Shown here: positions 12,401 to 22,267 of the stretch, one piece after another
How positions within the stretch are numbered: the first letter of the stretch is position 1
Layout of the letters: each line of letters begins with the position of its first letter
NCBI GenBank assembly: GCA_950097015.1
Contig: CATNEN010000038.1
Location: forward strand, 9,672,001 to 9,736,000
Length of the DNA stretch: 64,000 nt
Direction: 5' to 3'
Source: Macrostomum hystrix
Taxonomy: Eukaryota > Animalia > Platyhelminthes
Notes under the pieces: model-generated
What the model was told of the DNA's origin: nothing
What the model saw: the letters and a program-made list of their open reading frames with translations, nothing else
Database searches by the model: none
Position numbers and translations under genes: made by a program

Positions 12401-15400
12401 GATTAAGGGAGTCGATTTGAGGATTCTAGTAGATTAGGGATCGAATTTGAGGATTCCAGTATATTAGGGATCGAGTTTGAGGATTCCAGTATATTAGGGA
12501 TCGAATTTGAGGATTCCAGTATATTAGGGGTACAATTTGAGGATTCCAGTATATTAGGGGTCGAATTTGAGGATTCCAGTAGATTAGGGATCGAATTTGA
12601 GGATTCCAGTATATTAGGGATACAATTTGAGGATTCCAGTAGATTAGGGATACAATTTAAGGATTCTAGTAGATTAGGGATACAATTTGAGGATTCTAGT
12701 AGATTAGGGATCGAATTTGAGGATTCCAGTAGATTAGGGATCGAATTTGAGGATTCCAGTATATTAGGTATCGAATTTGAGGATTCCAGTAGATTAGGGA
12801 TCGAATTTGAGGATTCCAGTAGTTTAGGGATCGAATTTGAGGATTCCAGTAGATTAGGGATCGAATATGAGGATTCCAGTAGATTAGAAATCGAATTTGA
12901 GGATTCCAGTAGATTAGGGATACAATTTAAGGATTCTAGTAGATTAGGGATACAATTTAAGGATTCTAGTAGATTAGGGATACAATTTGAGGATTCTAGT
13001 AGATTAGGGATACAATTTAAGGATTCTAGTAGATTAGGGATACAATTTGAGGATTCTAGTAGATTAGGGATACAATTTGAGGATTCTAGTAGATTAGGGA
13101 TCGAATATGAGGATTCCAGTAGATTAGGGATACAATTTGAGGATTCCAGTATATTAGGGATCGAATTTGAGGATTCCAGTAGATTAGGGATACAATTTAA
13201 GGATTCTAGTAGATTAGGGATACAATTTGAGGATTCTAGTAGATTAGGGATCGAATATGAGGATTCCAGTAGATTAGGGATCGAATTTGAGGATTCCAGT
13301 AGATTAGGGATCGAATTTGAGGATTCTAGTAGATTAGGGATCGAATTTGAGAATTCTAGTAGATTAGGGATACAATTTGAGGATTCTAGTAGATTAGGGA
13401 TACAATTTGAGGATTCTAGTAGATTAGGGATCGAATATGAGGATTCCAGTAGATTAGGGATCGAATTTGAGGATTCCAGTAGATTAGAAATCGAATTCGA
13501 GGATTCTAGTAGATTAGGGATCGAATTTGAGAATTCTAGTAGATTAGGGATCGAATATGAGGATTCCAGTAGATTAGGGATCGAATTTGAGGATTTAAGA
13601 GGATCAGGCAATAATTTGCAGAAAAAATTGAATATGGAAAGATGAAGACTAGTAAGAAATAGTAGTATAAAGAAGACTATTAAGTCATAAATATTTAAGC
13701 TTGTCACGCAACAATAGTACATATTAATACTCTTTTGAATTGCATTTCTAATAAACATGGCACCGATGATGATATGATTTTACTTTAAGTGTGTTTTAGA
13801 AGCTTAAACTATTTCAAAGGTGATTTAGTAATACCCAGGTAAAAAGTTATATAACAGCAGCGTGCCAATCAGTATAGAGTAATTATTTATTCAGACATTT
13901 CACCCGCTTAGCAATGATATTTAGCAACTTTAATAATTGCCATAGCTATTAAATGTCATTATTCTAATTTAATTGAAAATACGTAGCATAATTTGGATTA
14001 TGACACCTCGATCAATTAAAAATGGCTCACCAATGAATTTAAAATGACACATTTATGAATGTAAAATGGCACGATAATTAATTCAAAATGGCACAATAAT
14101 GAATTCAAAATGGCACATTCATTATTGTAAAATGGCAAAATTACGAATTCAAAATGGTACATTTATGAATTAAAAATGGCACACTAATAAATTTAAAAAG
14201 GCAGTTCTTTTAATTTAAACGGCATTGCCGATGCTTACCTCAAAAGTCCCAAGCCGCCGTTGAGCACAGAGGTGACAATCTGCAGGTGCCACAGGAAGGT
14301 GGAGTCCAAGAATTCGTCAGTGAAGAATTCATCGCCCTCTCGCACACGCTGGTGCAGGAGGCGCACAAAATGAGGCAGGAACAGGTCGCAGGTGCGCTCA
14401 GGTATGATGCGGCAGAAGCAATAGACCAGGGAGGAAGCCACCTCTCCGCTGCTCTTCCAGTCCATGGTGTTGTTGCTGACAAAGTCGTAGATCTTGTCCA
14501 GCATTCGGCCTTGAATCTCTGGCGAACTATTGCGAATCAGATTCTCCAGGGCTGTCTGCATCGAGTCGGTCCAGGACACCTCTTCCTTGTCCACGTCTGG
14601 CGCCGATGACGGGTGCAGGTGGTCCTGCGTGTGCGCGTACATGGCCTGCGGGTGCGGGGGGAAGGTAAATGTACATCTGGGGACGACGTTAATTGGTCAT
14701 AGAAGGAAGGTTGGGGTGGCTGTCTTCGGCAATGTACATAGGCTTTCAAGATTTGAGGTGGTCATCGTTGATTTACAGTGGATTAAAAGAACTAAAAACT
14801 GGCAAGGAGAAGGGGTTAAAGCCTAGTGATTAGAGCCGCAGACTCACGACTTGAAGGTCGGGGGTTCGATTCCCGATTCCGCTGGAACAGTTTGTATCCT
14901 TTAGCAAGATACTTAACTCTGAATTGCTTCAGTTCACCCAGCTGTCAAATGGGTGCCAGCATCAGCTAGGGTAATTGAGGGTGGGTGTGGCGTCACCCCG
15001 TCTGAATAGTCGTACTCAGCCTAAGGTGCGGCTGTGCTGTGGGCTGCACATCTGGCCCAATCAATGTAGGTGTAATCGATAATAATTAAAAATCATTAAG
15101 ATAATGGATTGGAGTGGCTACATGTTCGAGATCGTGTACAATGGCTCTAGTGCAGGGGAGGTGCATAACTTTATGTAGCCGTTACGAGAAATAATCCCTA
15201 GGTGAGGAAAAATCCCTATAGGTAATCCTCTTTAGAGGATGGTCAGAGGCATTGGCCATCAGAGCACACCTGGATGACGGAGAACATTCTGTCCATGAGG
15301 TCCAGCGCAAAGTCCTCCAGCTGATCAGTCTGCAGGAGGACCTCGCGCTCCTCGGCGGTGAGGTCAGGGTAGCTGTCAACCAACTGGGAGCTGTCAGCTA

Positions 15401-18400
15401 CAATGATCATATTGCACAGGTGGGCGATGATTGACAGGGCGCTGTTGCTCTTTCGTGAATCGTTATAGTCTATGGCCGGCAATAGGGCTCGCAGCAGCGG
15501 GATCACGTGACGCTGGCCAGCTGAGTACTGACTAGACCGCTGCACCAAGGGCAAGAGGGTGACAGCCAGGCAGGACAAGGAGTCGTGCAGGCGGTGTGGC
15601 TCCAGCAGGGTCTCCAGACTGGGGAATACAGTATCAAGGATGCGCGGCACAACAACATTGGGCCTTAGGAAGGCAAGGCTGCGCAGCGAGGTTAGTATGC
15701 GGCCCATCTCTAAATTGCTGGTCTTGTTAAACACGGCGGTCATTGCGCGCGGCAATATCATGGCCACCAGAGCGTCGATGTGCGAGTCCTTGATTCGGCA
15801 GGCGGGCGGAATCGGGGCGTCGTCTTCGCACGGCTTGAGGACGCGCTCGCAGTAGACCCGGATGTGCAGGTAGTTGGCCAGGCCACACAGCACGGTGCAG
15901 AGGTCGCTGGTCCATTCGCCAGCGTTGGACGGGTGGAAGAAGTTGTCCACGGACTGGAACAGCCGCTCCAGACGCTCAATAACGCTGCAGTTGTCCTTCA
16001 CAGCGTAGATGAGCAGGCAGCAGGCCATGTTGATGTCGAACTTTGAGAAGCTGGCTGAGTAAGCCACCTGGCCAACTGGCAGATCCATGCGGCGCAGCAG
16101 GCTAGTGAACAGGTGATCCAGGTGCGGCTCCCAGTCGACGAAGCCGCGTGCCCGCTGGGCGATTCTGAAAATCGAAATTGAGCACAGCTGTTCAGTCCAT
16201 GGACTGGGCAAGCCGCTAAACATACCTTAATTTCTACCCCAGCAAATCGATGTCACCCAATTTACAACTGAGTGAACTGAAGCACTAAGGAATAAAGAGT
16301 CAAGCTCAAAGACCCAAATTGTCTCCCTTGGCTTAAGATTCGAACTCCGAACCTCTCGTCGGAAGTCCAAAGCTCTAAACACTAGTCTGGAAGATTGACT
16401 ATCATATGAGAGGACAATAATAATTTGTTCATTGTACATAATTTGTCCATTGTACATAATGGCTCCTGAGCACATAATGGCTCCTGAGCACATAATGGCT
16501 CCTGAGCACATAATGGCTCCTGAGCACATAATGGCTCCTGAGCACATAATGGCTCCTGAGCACATAATGGCTCCTGAGCACATAATGGCTCCTGAGCACA
16601 TACTGGCTCCTGAGCACATAATGGCTCCTGAGCACATAATTGCTCCTGAGCACATACTGGCTCCTGAGCACATACTGGCTCCTGACAAAAAAGGCTCCTG
16701 AGCACATGGCTCCTGATAACACACAGTAAGTAGTGCATGTCCCTGACCCCCTCATCGCCAGGCACTATACACTCTCACTATGCTTTGGAGGTTGACCCTG
16801 AAGGCCATCAATTCACTAAGGCTAGTGCTACTCAACCCCTCAGTAGTGCTGACCCAGGAATCGAACCCAACGCACCTGGCCAGGATGTGCATGCCCTCCT
16901 GCTCCAGAGTCTCATGCCGCCTATGTCGATGCCACAGCGCCAGGAATTCGTCAAGCCAGATGGCCAGGGCGGCTGGCAGCTCAGCCTCGTTGAAGGACAC
17001 GGGCATCAGGTAGTTCAGGTAGAACAGGGCGTCATTAAATTTCTCAGACACGGGACATAGGCGCCAGCGGAACTCCTCCCAAATTTCTGATACAGCAGAC
17101 AGAGGAAAGAATCTTCGACAATGAGCGGCCAGGTCATGAAGCAGGGTCGTCACGAACGAGCTAGGTAAAAGAGGGAGCAAAAATTAAGATGCGATTTCAT
17201 GCACATTCCGACAATTTTATTTCTTAACCCTAGCCCTGAAAAATATGCGATTTTTCTAATACCTAGGGCTTATGCCGCTTATCCCTAAACAACTGATGCT
17301 CATCGCAAACACCTGGTGCTCATTGCGAACACCTGGTGCTCATTGAAAACACATTTAGCTCAGCATAGACACCTCTTGCTCATCATAAACACCTGTTGCT
17401 CATGATTAACACCTGTTGCTCATGATTAACACCTGTCGCTCATGATTAACACCTGTTGCTCATGATTAACAACTGTTGCTCATGATTAACACCTGTTGCT
17501 CATCATTAACACCTGTTGCTCATCATTAACACCTGTTGCTCATCATTAACACCTGTTGCTCATTATTAACACCTGTCGCTCATGATTAACACCCGTCGCT
17601 CATCATAAACACCTGTTGCTAATCATAAACACCTGTTGCTCTGCAAAACACCTACTGCTCATCATTAAAACCTCTTGCTCAGCATAAACACCTGTTGCTC
17701 ATCGTAAACACCTGTAGCTCAGCATAAACACCTGTTGCTCATCAAAAACATCTGGTGCTCATCATAAACACCTGTTGCTCATCAAAAACATCTGGTGCTC
17801 ATCATAAACACCTGTTGCTCAGCATAGACACCTGTAGCTCATCATAAACACCTGTTGCTCAGCATAGACACCTGTAGCTCAGCATAAACACCTGTTGCTC
17901 AGCATAAACACCTCTTGCTCATCAAAAACACCTGGTACTCAATATAAACACACGGTGCTTATCATAAAAACTCAAGACTGATCCTAAACACTCAAGTCTG
18001 ATCCTTATGCCAAGATTCCTAAAAGTTATCATTTTTAATATGATTTATTAAATTTTATTAATAAAGTAAGTTTCCATCGTCGACTCACTTTGATGTCTGC
18101 AGCAGGCCGTGCGATTTCTCCTTACCATGGATGTAGAATTTGATGATTTCGAACAGGGGCTTCCAGTCCAGAGTCAAATCTCCTTTGGATAGCAACTTGC
18201 GCTTTCTGTTGATTATATAAGTAATTAATTCACAAAATAATCTACCGCATTATGAAACTAATAAACATAAACAATGCGAAAATAAACTCACTTAGTCAAT
18301 GACTTAAACACGGTAGAAAATTTTTCGATTAGCCTAGGCTCAAGACCCTTCCAGGTAGCCAGTTGGTATAGCAGGCTAGCAAATGCCACGTGGTCGTCTT

Positions 18401-19869
18401 TGGAAAAGAATTCTCCGTACAGTCGGATGTACCTGAAGGGTGGACACAGACAGTTATAGAGACAGTTGTCAAAGCCAAAAAGATGAGTCTGCGCAGAAGA
18501 AGACTTCAATTACGGCCGTCTAGGCTACAGAGAGGGCCTGAAGCCTAAGGGGCTAGACAGGGGGTTGTAGTCTAGGGGGCTACAGAGAGGGCCTGAAGCC
18601 TAAGGGGCTAGACAGGGGGTTGTAGTCTAGGGGGCTACAGAGAGGGCCTGAAGCCTAAGGGGCTAGACAGGGGGTTGTTGTCTAGGGGGCTACAGAGAGG
18701 GCCTGAAGCCTAAGGGGCTAGACAGGGGGTTGTAGTCTAGGGGGCTACAGAGAGGGCCTGAAGCCTAAGGGGCTAGACAGGGGGTTGTTGTCTAGGGGGC
18801 TACAGAGAGGGCCTGAAGCCTAAGGGGCTAGACAGGGGGTTGTAGTCTAGGGGGCTACAGAGAGGGCCTGAAGCCTAAGGGGCTAGACTGGGGGTTGTAG
18901 TCTAGGGGGCTACAGAGGGGGTTGTAGTCTAGGGGGCTACAGAGGGGGTTCAAGTCTAGGAGGCTACAGAGGGGGTTGTAGTCTAGGGGGCTACAGAGGG
19001 TGTAGCAGCCTAGGGGGCTACAGAGGGTGTTGCAGCCTAGGGGGCTAAAGAGGGGGTTGCAGCCTAGGGGGCTACAGAGGGGGTTGCAGCCTAGGGGGCT
19101 ACAGAGGGTGTTGCAGCCTAGGGGGCTACAGAGGGTGTTGCAGCCTAGGGGGCTACAGAGGGGGTTGTAGCCTAGGGGGGCTACAGAGGGGGTTGCAGCC
19201 TAGGGGGCTACAGAGGGGGTTGCAGTCTAGGGAGCTACAGAGGGCGTTAAAGCTTTGGGGTCAGTGTGACCGACTCACAACTTGAAGGTCGGGGGTTTAA
19301 TTCCGACTCCAATGGAACATTTTGTGTCCTTACGAGCAAGACACTTAACTATGCATTGCTTCAGTCCACCAAGCTTTTAAATGGGTGCCAGAATTAGCTG
19401 GGGTAATTGATGGTGGGTTTGGGATGGCTCCAGTCCATGGACTGAACAGCTGTACGCAGCCTTCGAGTGCGCCGCGAAATAGCTGCGGCTGTGCTGTCAG
19501 CTGTAAATCTGGCCCAATTGCAGGTGTAATTAATTAGGTTAAACCGCACCCTGTGATATCATCAACTCACCTGTCCAATTTAGCCACCCAGTAGGAGGCT
19601 CCGCAGTGTACATCGCCGAGTGCCACCGCCCTAGGCAGGTGAAGCCGCAGCTCAGCTAGCTGGGTCAGGGCTTCAGTTTCGATGCGATCTCTAAATGGTA
19701 GCATTAGCTGATAACTGAGCTTTCTCTGTGGCACGAAGCCAAGGCGTTCAACAAAGCTGGCGCTGCGATTGAGACGCTCGGCTTCCGCTGCTGCTGCTGC
19801 TGCCGTCGCTGCCGCCGCCTCACTGGGACTGGAACCGTTTTCATCGTCCTGCGAGTCAGACATGGCCAT
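3590..19869 (-). CDS. PSME4: Proteasome activator complex subunit 4 (PA200/Blm10), 15 coding exons, ~1983 aa
   Basis: Exons 5'->3': 19869-19571, 18432-18292, 18205-18089, 17160-16876, 16164-15270, 14645-14239, 12265-11869, 11531-11247, 9228-8746, 8261-7953, 7586-6947, 6530-6092, 5977-5588, 4718-4339, 4074-3590. All junctions are GT-AG with consistent phases. Motifs include RYIRLYG..FSKDDH, FFHPSNAGEW, GGLLRGSK, RHSGVLGLCS..AAPYDVP, FKRTHQETW and the C-terminal SPNYYA*. Confidence 0.93.
4110..4290. repeat. 20-bp minisatellite (GTCAGGTGATACAGCAGGGT), PSME4 intron 14
   Basis: Tandem copies directly visible. Confidence 0.9.
4755..5035. repeat. 19/20-bp minisatellite (AGGTGATTTGGAAGTACAT[T]), PSME4 intron 13
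   Basis: Tandem copies directly visible. Confidence 0.9.
5185..5545 (+). mobile_element. tRNA-derived SINE (family B)
   Basis: tRNA-like head with B box (AAGTTCGATTCC at ~5232), a body matching a second degraded copy at ~26650-26822, a 3' stem-loop GGCTGCGGG...CCCGCAGCC and an AT-rich tail. Confidence 0.65.
6575..6930. repeat. 30-bp minisatellite (CCATGGGAGCAGGGTCACACCAAAATGATC), PSME4 intron 11
   Basis: About 12 tandem copies filling most of the intron. Confidence 0.92.
9310..11168. repeat. (CAGA)n microsatellite grading into a 10/20-bp purine-rich minisatellite (ACACAGGGAGAGCCAGGGAG) with higher-order variants, PSME4 intron 8
   Basis: Directly visible; it explains the three ~630-aa low-complexity ORFs. 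Confidence 0.93.
12277..13597. repeat. 30-bp minisatellite (GGATTCCAGTAGATTAGGGATCGAATTTGA), PSME4 intron 6
   Basis: About 44 tandem copies, ending ~10 nt from the 3' splice site. Confidence 0.95.
14812..15095 (+). mobile_element. tRNA-derived CORE-SINE (family A), near full length
   Basis: B box GGTTCGATTCC, followed by TGTATCCTTTAGCAAGATACTTAACTC..GCTTCAGTTCACCCAGCTGTCAAATGGG, which resembles the MIR CORE consensus. Further copies at ~16170-16390, ~19258-19540 and ~25785-26380. Confidence 0.8.
16170..16390 (-). mobile_element. CORE-SINE, diverged copy abutting the PSME4 exon 5 acceptor
   Basis: Minus strand shows GAGTTCGAATC (B box), CORE-like GCTTCAGTTCACTCAGTTGTAAATTGGG, and the family palindrome CAGTCCATGGACTG. 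Confidence 0.7.
16452..16715. repeat. 18-bp minisatellite (CACATAATGGCTCCTGAG), PSME4 intron 4
   Basis: Tandem copies directly visible. Confidence 0.92.
17290..17965. repeat. 20-bp minisatellite (CATCATAAACACCTGTTGCT), PSME4 intron 3
   Basis: Tandem copies directly visible. Confidence 0.92.
18520..19250. repeat. 27-bp minisatellite (GCTACAGAGGGGGTTGTAGTCTAGGGG) with a 55-bp dimeric higher-order block, PSME4 intron 1
   Basis: 55-bp period over ~18524-18900 and a 27-bp period afterwards. Confidence 0.9.
19258..19540 (+). mobile_element. CORE-SINE (family A) copy
   Basis: Aligns by eye with 14812-15095: GACTCACAACTTGAAGGTCGGGGGTT..GCAAGACACTTAACT..TTGCTTCAGTCCACC..CTGGCCCAATT..GGTGTAAT. Confidence 0.8.
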
Positions 19870-20019
19870 GTTACTCGAATCAAAATCATAGGCGTGATTG
19901 TTCTGGTGAAGGAAAGGCTCCCGACGGACCTGCGACTGACCGCCGCTGACGCCGACGCTGCCGCCACCGACGCCGCATCGAAGACTTGGCACAGACTGCA
20001 ATGGGATTTTAATGTCGCA

Positions 20020-20450
20020 CCTGATTATAGGGACTGGGATTACGTCACACTCTGAGTACTGGGATTGGGATTATGTCACATTCTGAGTACTGGCGTTGGG
20101 ATTAAGTCACACTCTGAGTACCGGGATTGGAATTATGTCACACCTGAGTACTGGGACTGGGATTATGTCACACCTGAGTATTGGGACTGGGATTATGTCA
20201 CACCTGAGTACTGGTACTGGGATTATGTCACACCTGAATACTGGGACTGGGATTATGTCACACCTGAGTACTGGGACTGGGATTATCTCACACCTGAGTA
20301 CTGGGACTGGGATTATGTCACACCTGAGTACTGGGACTGGGATTATGTCACACCTGAGTACTGGGACTGGGATTATCTCACACCTGAGTACTGGGACTGG
20401 GATTATGTCACACCTGAGTACTGGGACTGGGATTAAGTCACATCCGAGCA
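20020..20450. repeat. 30-bp minisatellite (GATTATGTCACACCTGAGTACTGGGACTGG) upstream of the PSME4 start codon
   Basis: Tandem copies directly visible. Confidence 0.92.
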
Positions 20451-20904
20451 TTTGGACTATTATTATAGACCTTTAAATTGGGCAGGGAATTGTAATTTGG
20501 ACAGGGATTATCCAAAAGCTAAGTATTTGGAAACATCTGCAGAGAATTGAATTAACTGCTTCCTAAGATAGCTAAGACAAATGATCAACACATAAGCACA
20601 CAGTAATATAGCGGTATAGATATATTTTCCTTTCTATTGAATCGAAAATAAAAAGTGCCGACTCGGAAAGCTGAATAAACAAAGAGTTTCTGTTTTTAGT
20701 AACACCCGAACAAAGTGGTGCAGCGCAGATGGGAGAGTGCTAAACTATAGAGGGATGCATAGCAAACCGGCGACATGTGGCAACAAAAATAACTTAAATC
20801 CGTGTAAACATTAGAGCCAATTTGTTATAGCAGTTGCTAGCTAGCTCAGTTAAGAGTATGTAACAGCTTTTGACTGCAATAGGTTAAGACAAGAGGTTAA
20901 AGGG

Positions 20905-21410
20905 AAAATGTACACTCAGTAGTGGGAGCGGGAGTGGGACGAGAGTTAGTTGCCGATATAAATGTACACTCAGTGGTGGGAGCGGGAGAGGGACGAGAGT
21001 TAGTTGCCGATATAAATGTACACTCAGTGGTGGGAGCGGGAGAGGGACGAGAGTTAGTTGCCGATATAAATGTACACTCAGTGGTGGGAGCGGGAGTGGG
21101 ACGAGAGTTAGTTGCCGATATAAATGTACACTCAGTGGTGGGAGCGGGAGAGGGACGAGAGTTAGTTGCCGATATAAATGTACACTCAGTGGTGGGAGCG
21201 GGAGAGGGACGAGAGTTAGTTGCCGATATAAATGTACACTCAGTGGTGGGAGCGGGAGAGGGATGATAGTAGTTTGCCGATATAAATGTAAAGTCGGCAG
21301 TGGGTGCGGAGAGGGACGAGTTGGTTGCCGATAAGAATCTACACTCGGCGGTGGGAGCGGGAGAGGGACGAGAGCTAGTTGCCGATATAAATGTACATTT
21401 AGCGGTGGGT
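20905..21410. repeat. 54-bp minisatellite between TMEM86 and PSME4
   Basis: Unit AATGTACACTCAGTGGTGGGAGCGGGAGAGGGACGAGAGTTAGTTGCCGATATA, ~9 copies. Confidence 0.92.
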
Positions 21411-22267
21411 GTGAGAGGTAAAAGGAGACTGCCAGACTAAACAATAGAAACAAAATATAACGAATTCGTGTTCTGAAGTTTAATTTTTTTGTTTGGGTTT
21501 TATCGTATTTTTTTATTCCACGTTTCCGACTTCTAAAAGATGATACAACAAAATTGGAAATGTAGTGCAATTTAGGTCAATAAAAAGAAATAATATAATA
21601 TAAAAGCATACTAGACCGAGCAAATAGATAACCAAGAGTTGAAATAAGTAAAACTGATAGAACGCAATGATCACTAGAAACAGTCATGAATGTATAACAT
21701 CTAATCATTTTAGTTGCATGCTTAATTTATTGAAAAGTAATCAACTTACTATGTTTAAATACAACAGGAAACTAATTTTGCGCTAGTTAACTATTAGTTA
21801 GAACTGTAATTTTGTAATTATTGCTACAAGGGTATACGCCAAGAGACAATGAAGAGAACCCACTTACAAATCAAAAGAGTTCTGCTAATAGATATTAGTC
21901 CAGCAAGGTGAGCATTTCTACTTTCCCAAGTAAAATATTGGGTAATAGAAAGTCACTATTGTTTAGTTACTGCCTACAGTAAGCCACTACGAAATCAGGT
22001 ATATTGCTTACAGTTTTATCCAACTAAAACTATGTATTGCTAATTCCGAAGTTGCTACAATGTGTTTTAGACATAAGGTAAACATTTAAAACGACTCCTC
22101 AACACTGTTACTATCGGTGCACTAGAAATATAAAAAAATGTGTAGAAAAAAAAGTAAAACTAAACATTGAGGAAATTATATAGACATTGGTTCAGAAATT
22201 CTCTGCCTAGCTACACATGCAGCTAAATCACAAAGCAGTAAACGTGGCTGCTGCTGACGCCTCTGAA

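Noticed and set aside
12403-13758. 451-aa repetitive ORF (LESSNSIPNL)n, and similar repeat ORFs at 6559, 16227, 20065, 36030, 53015 and 58777
   Set aside because: These are translations of minisatellites, mostly intronic, with no domain signal.
14812-14885. tRNA-like sequences at ~2440-2500, ~5200-5255, ~14820-14885 and ~16330-16390 as tRNA genes
   Set aside because: No intact cloverleaf or acceptor stem; they are heads of SINE-like repeats.
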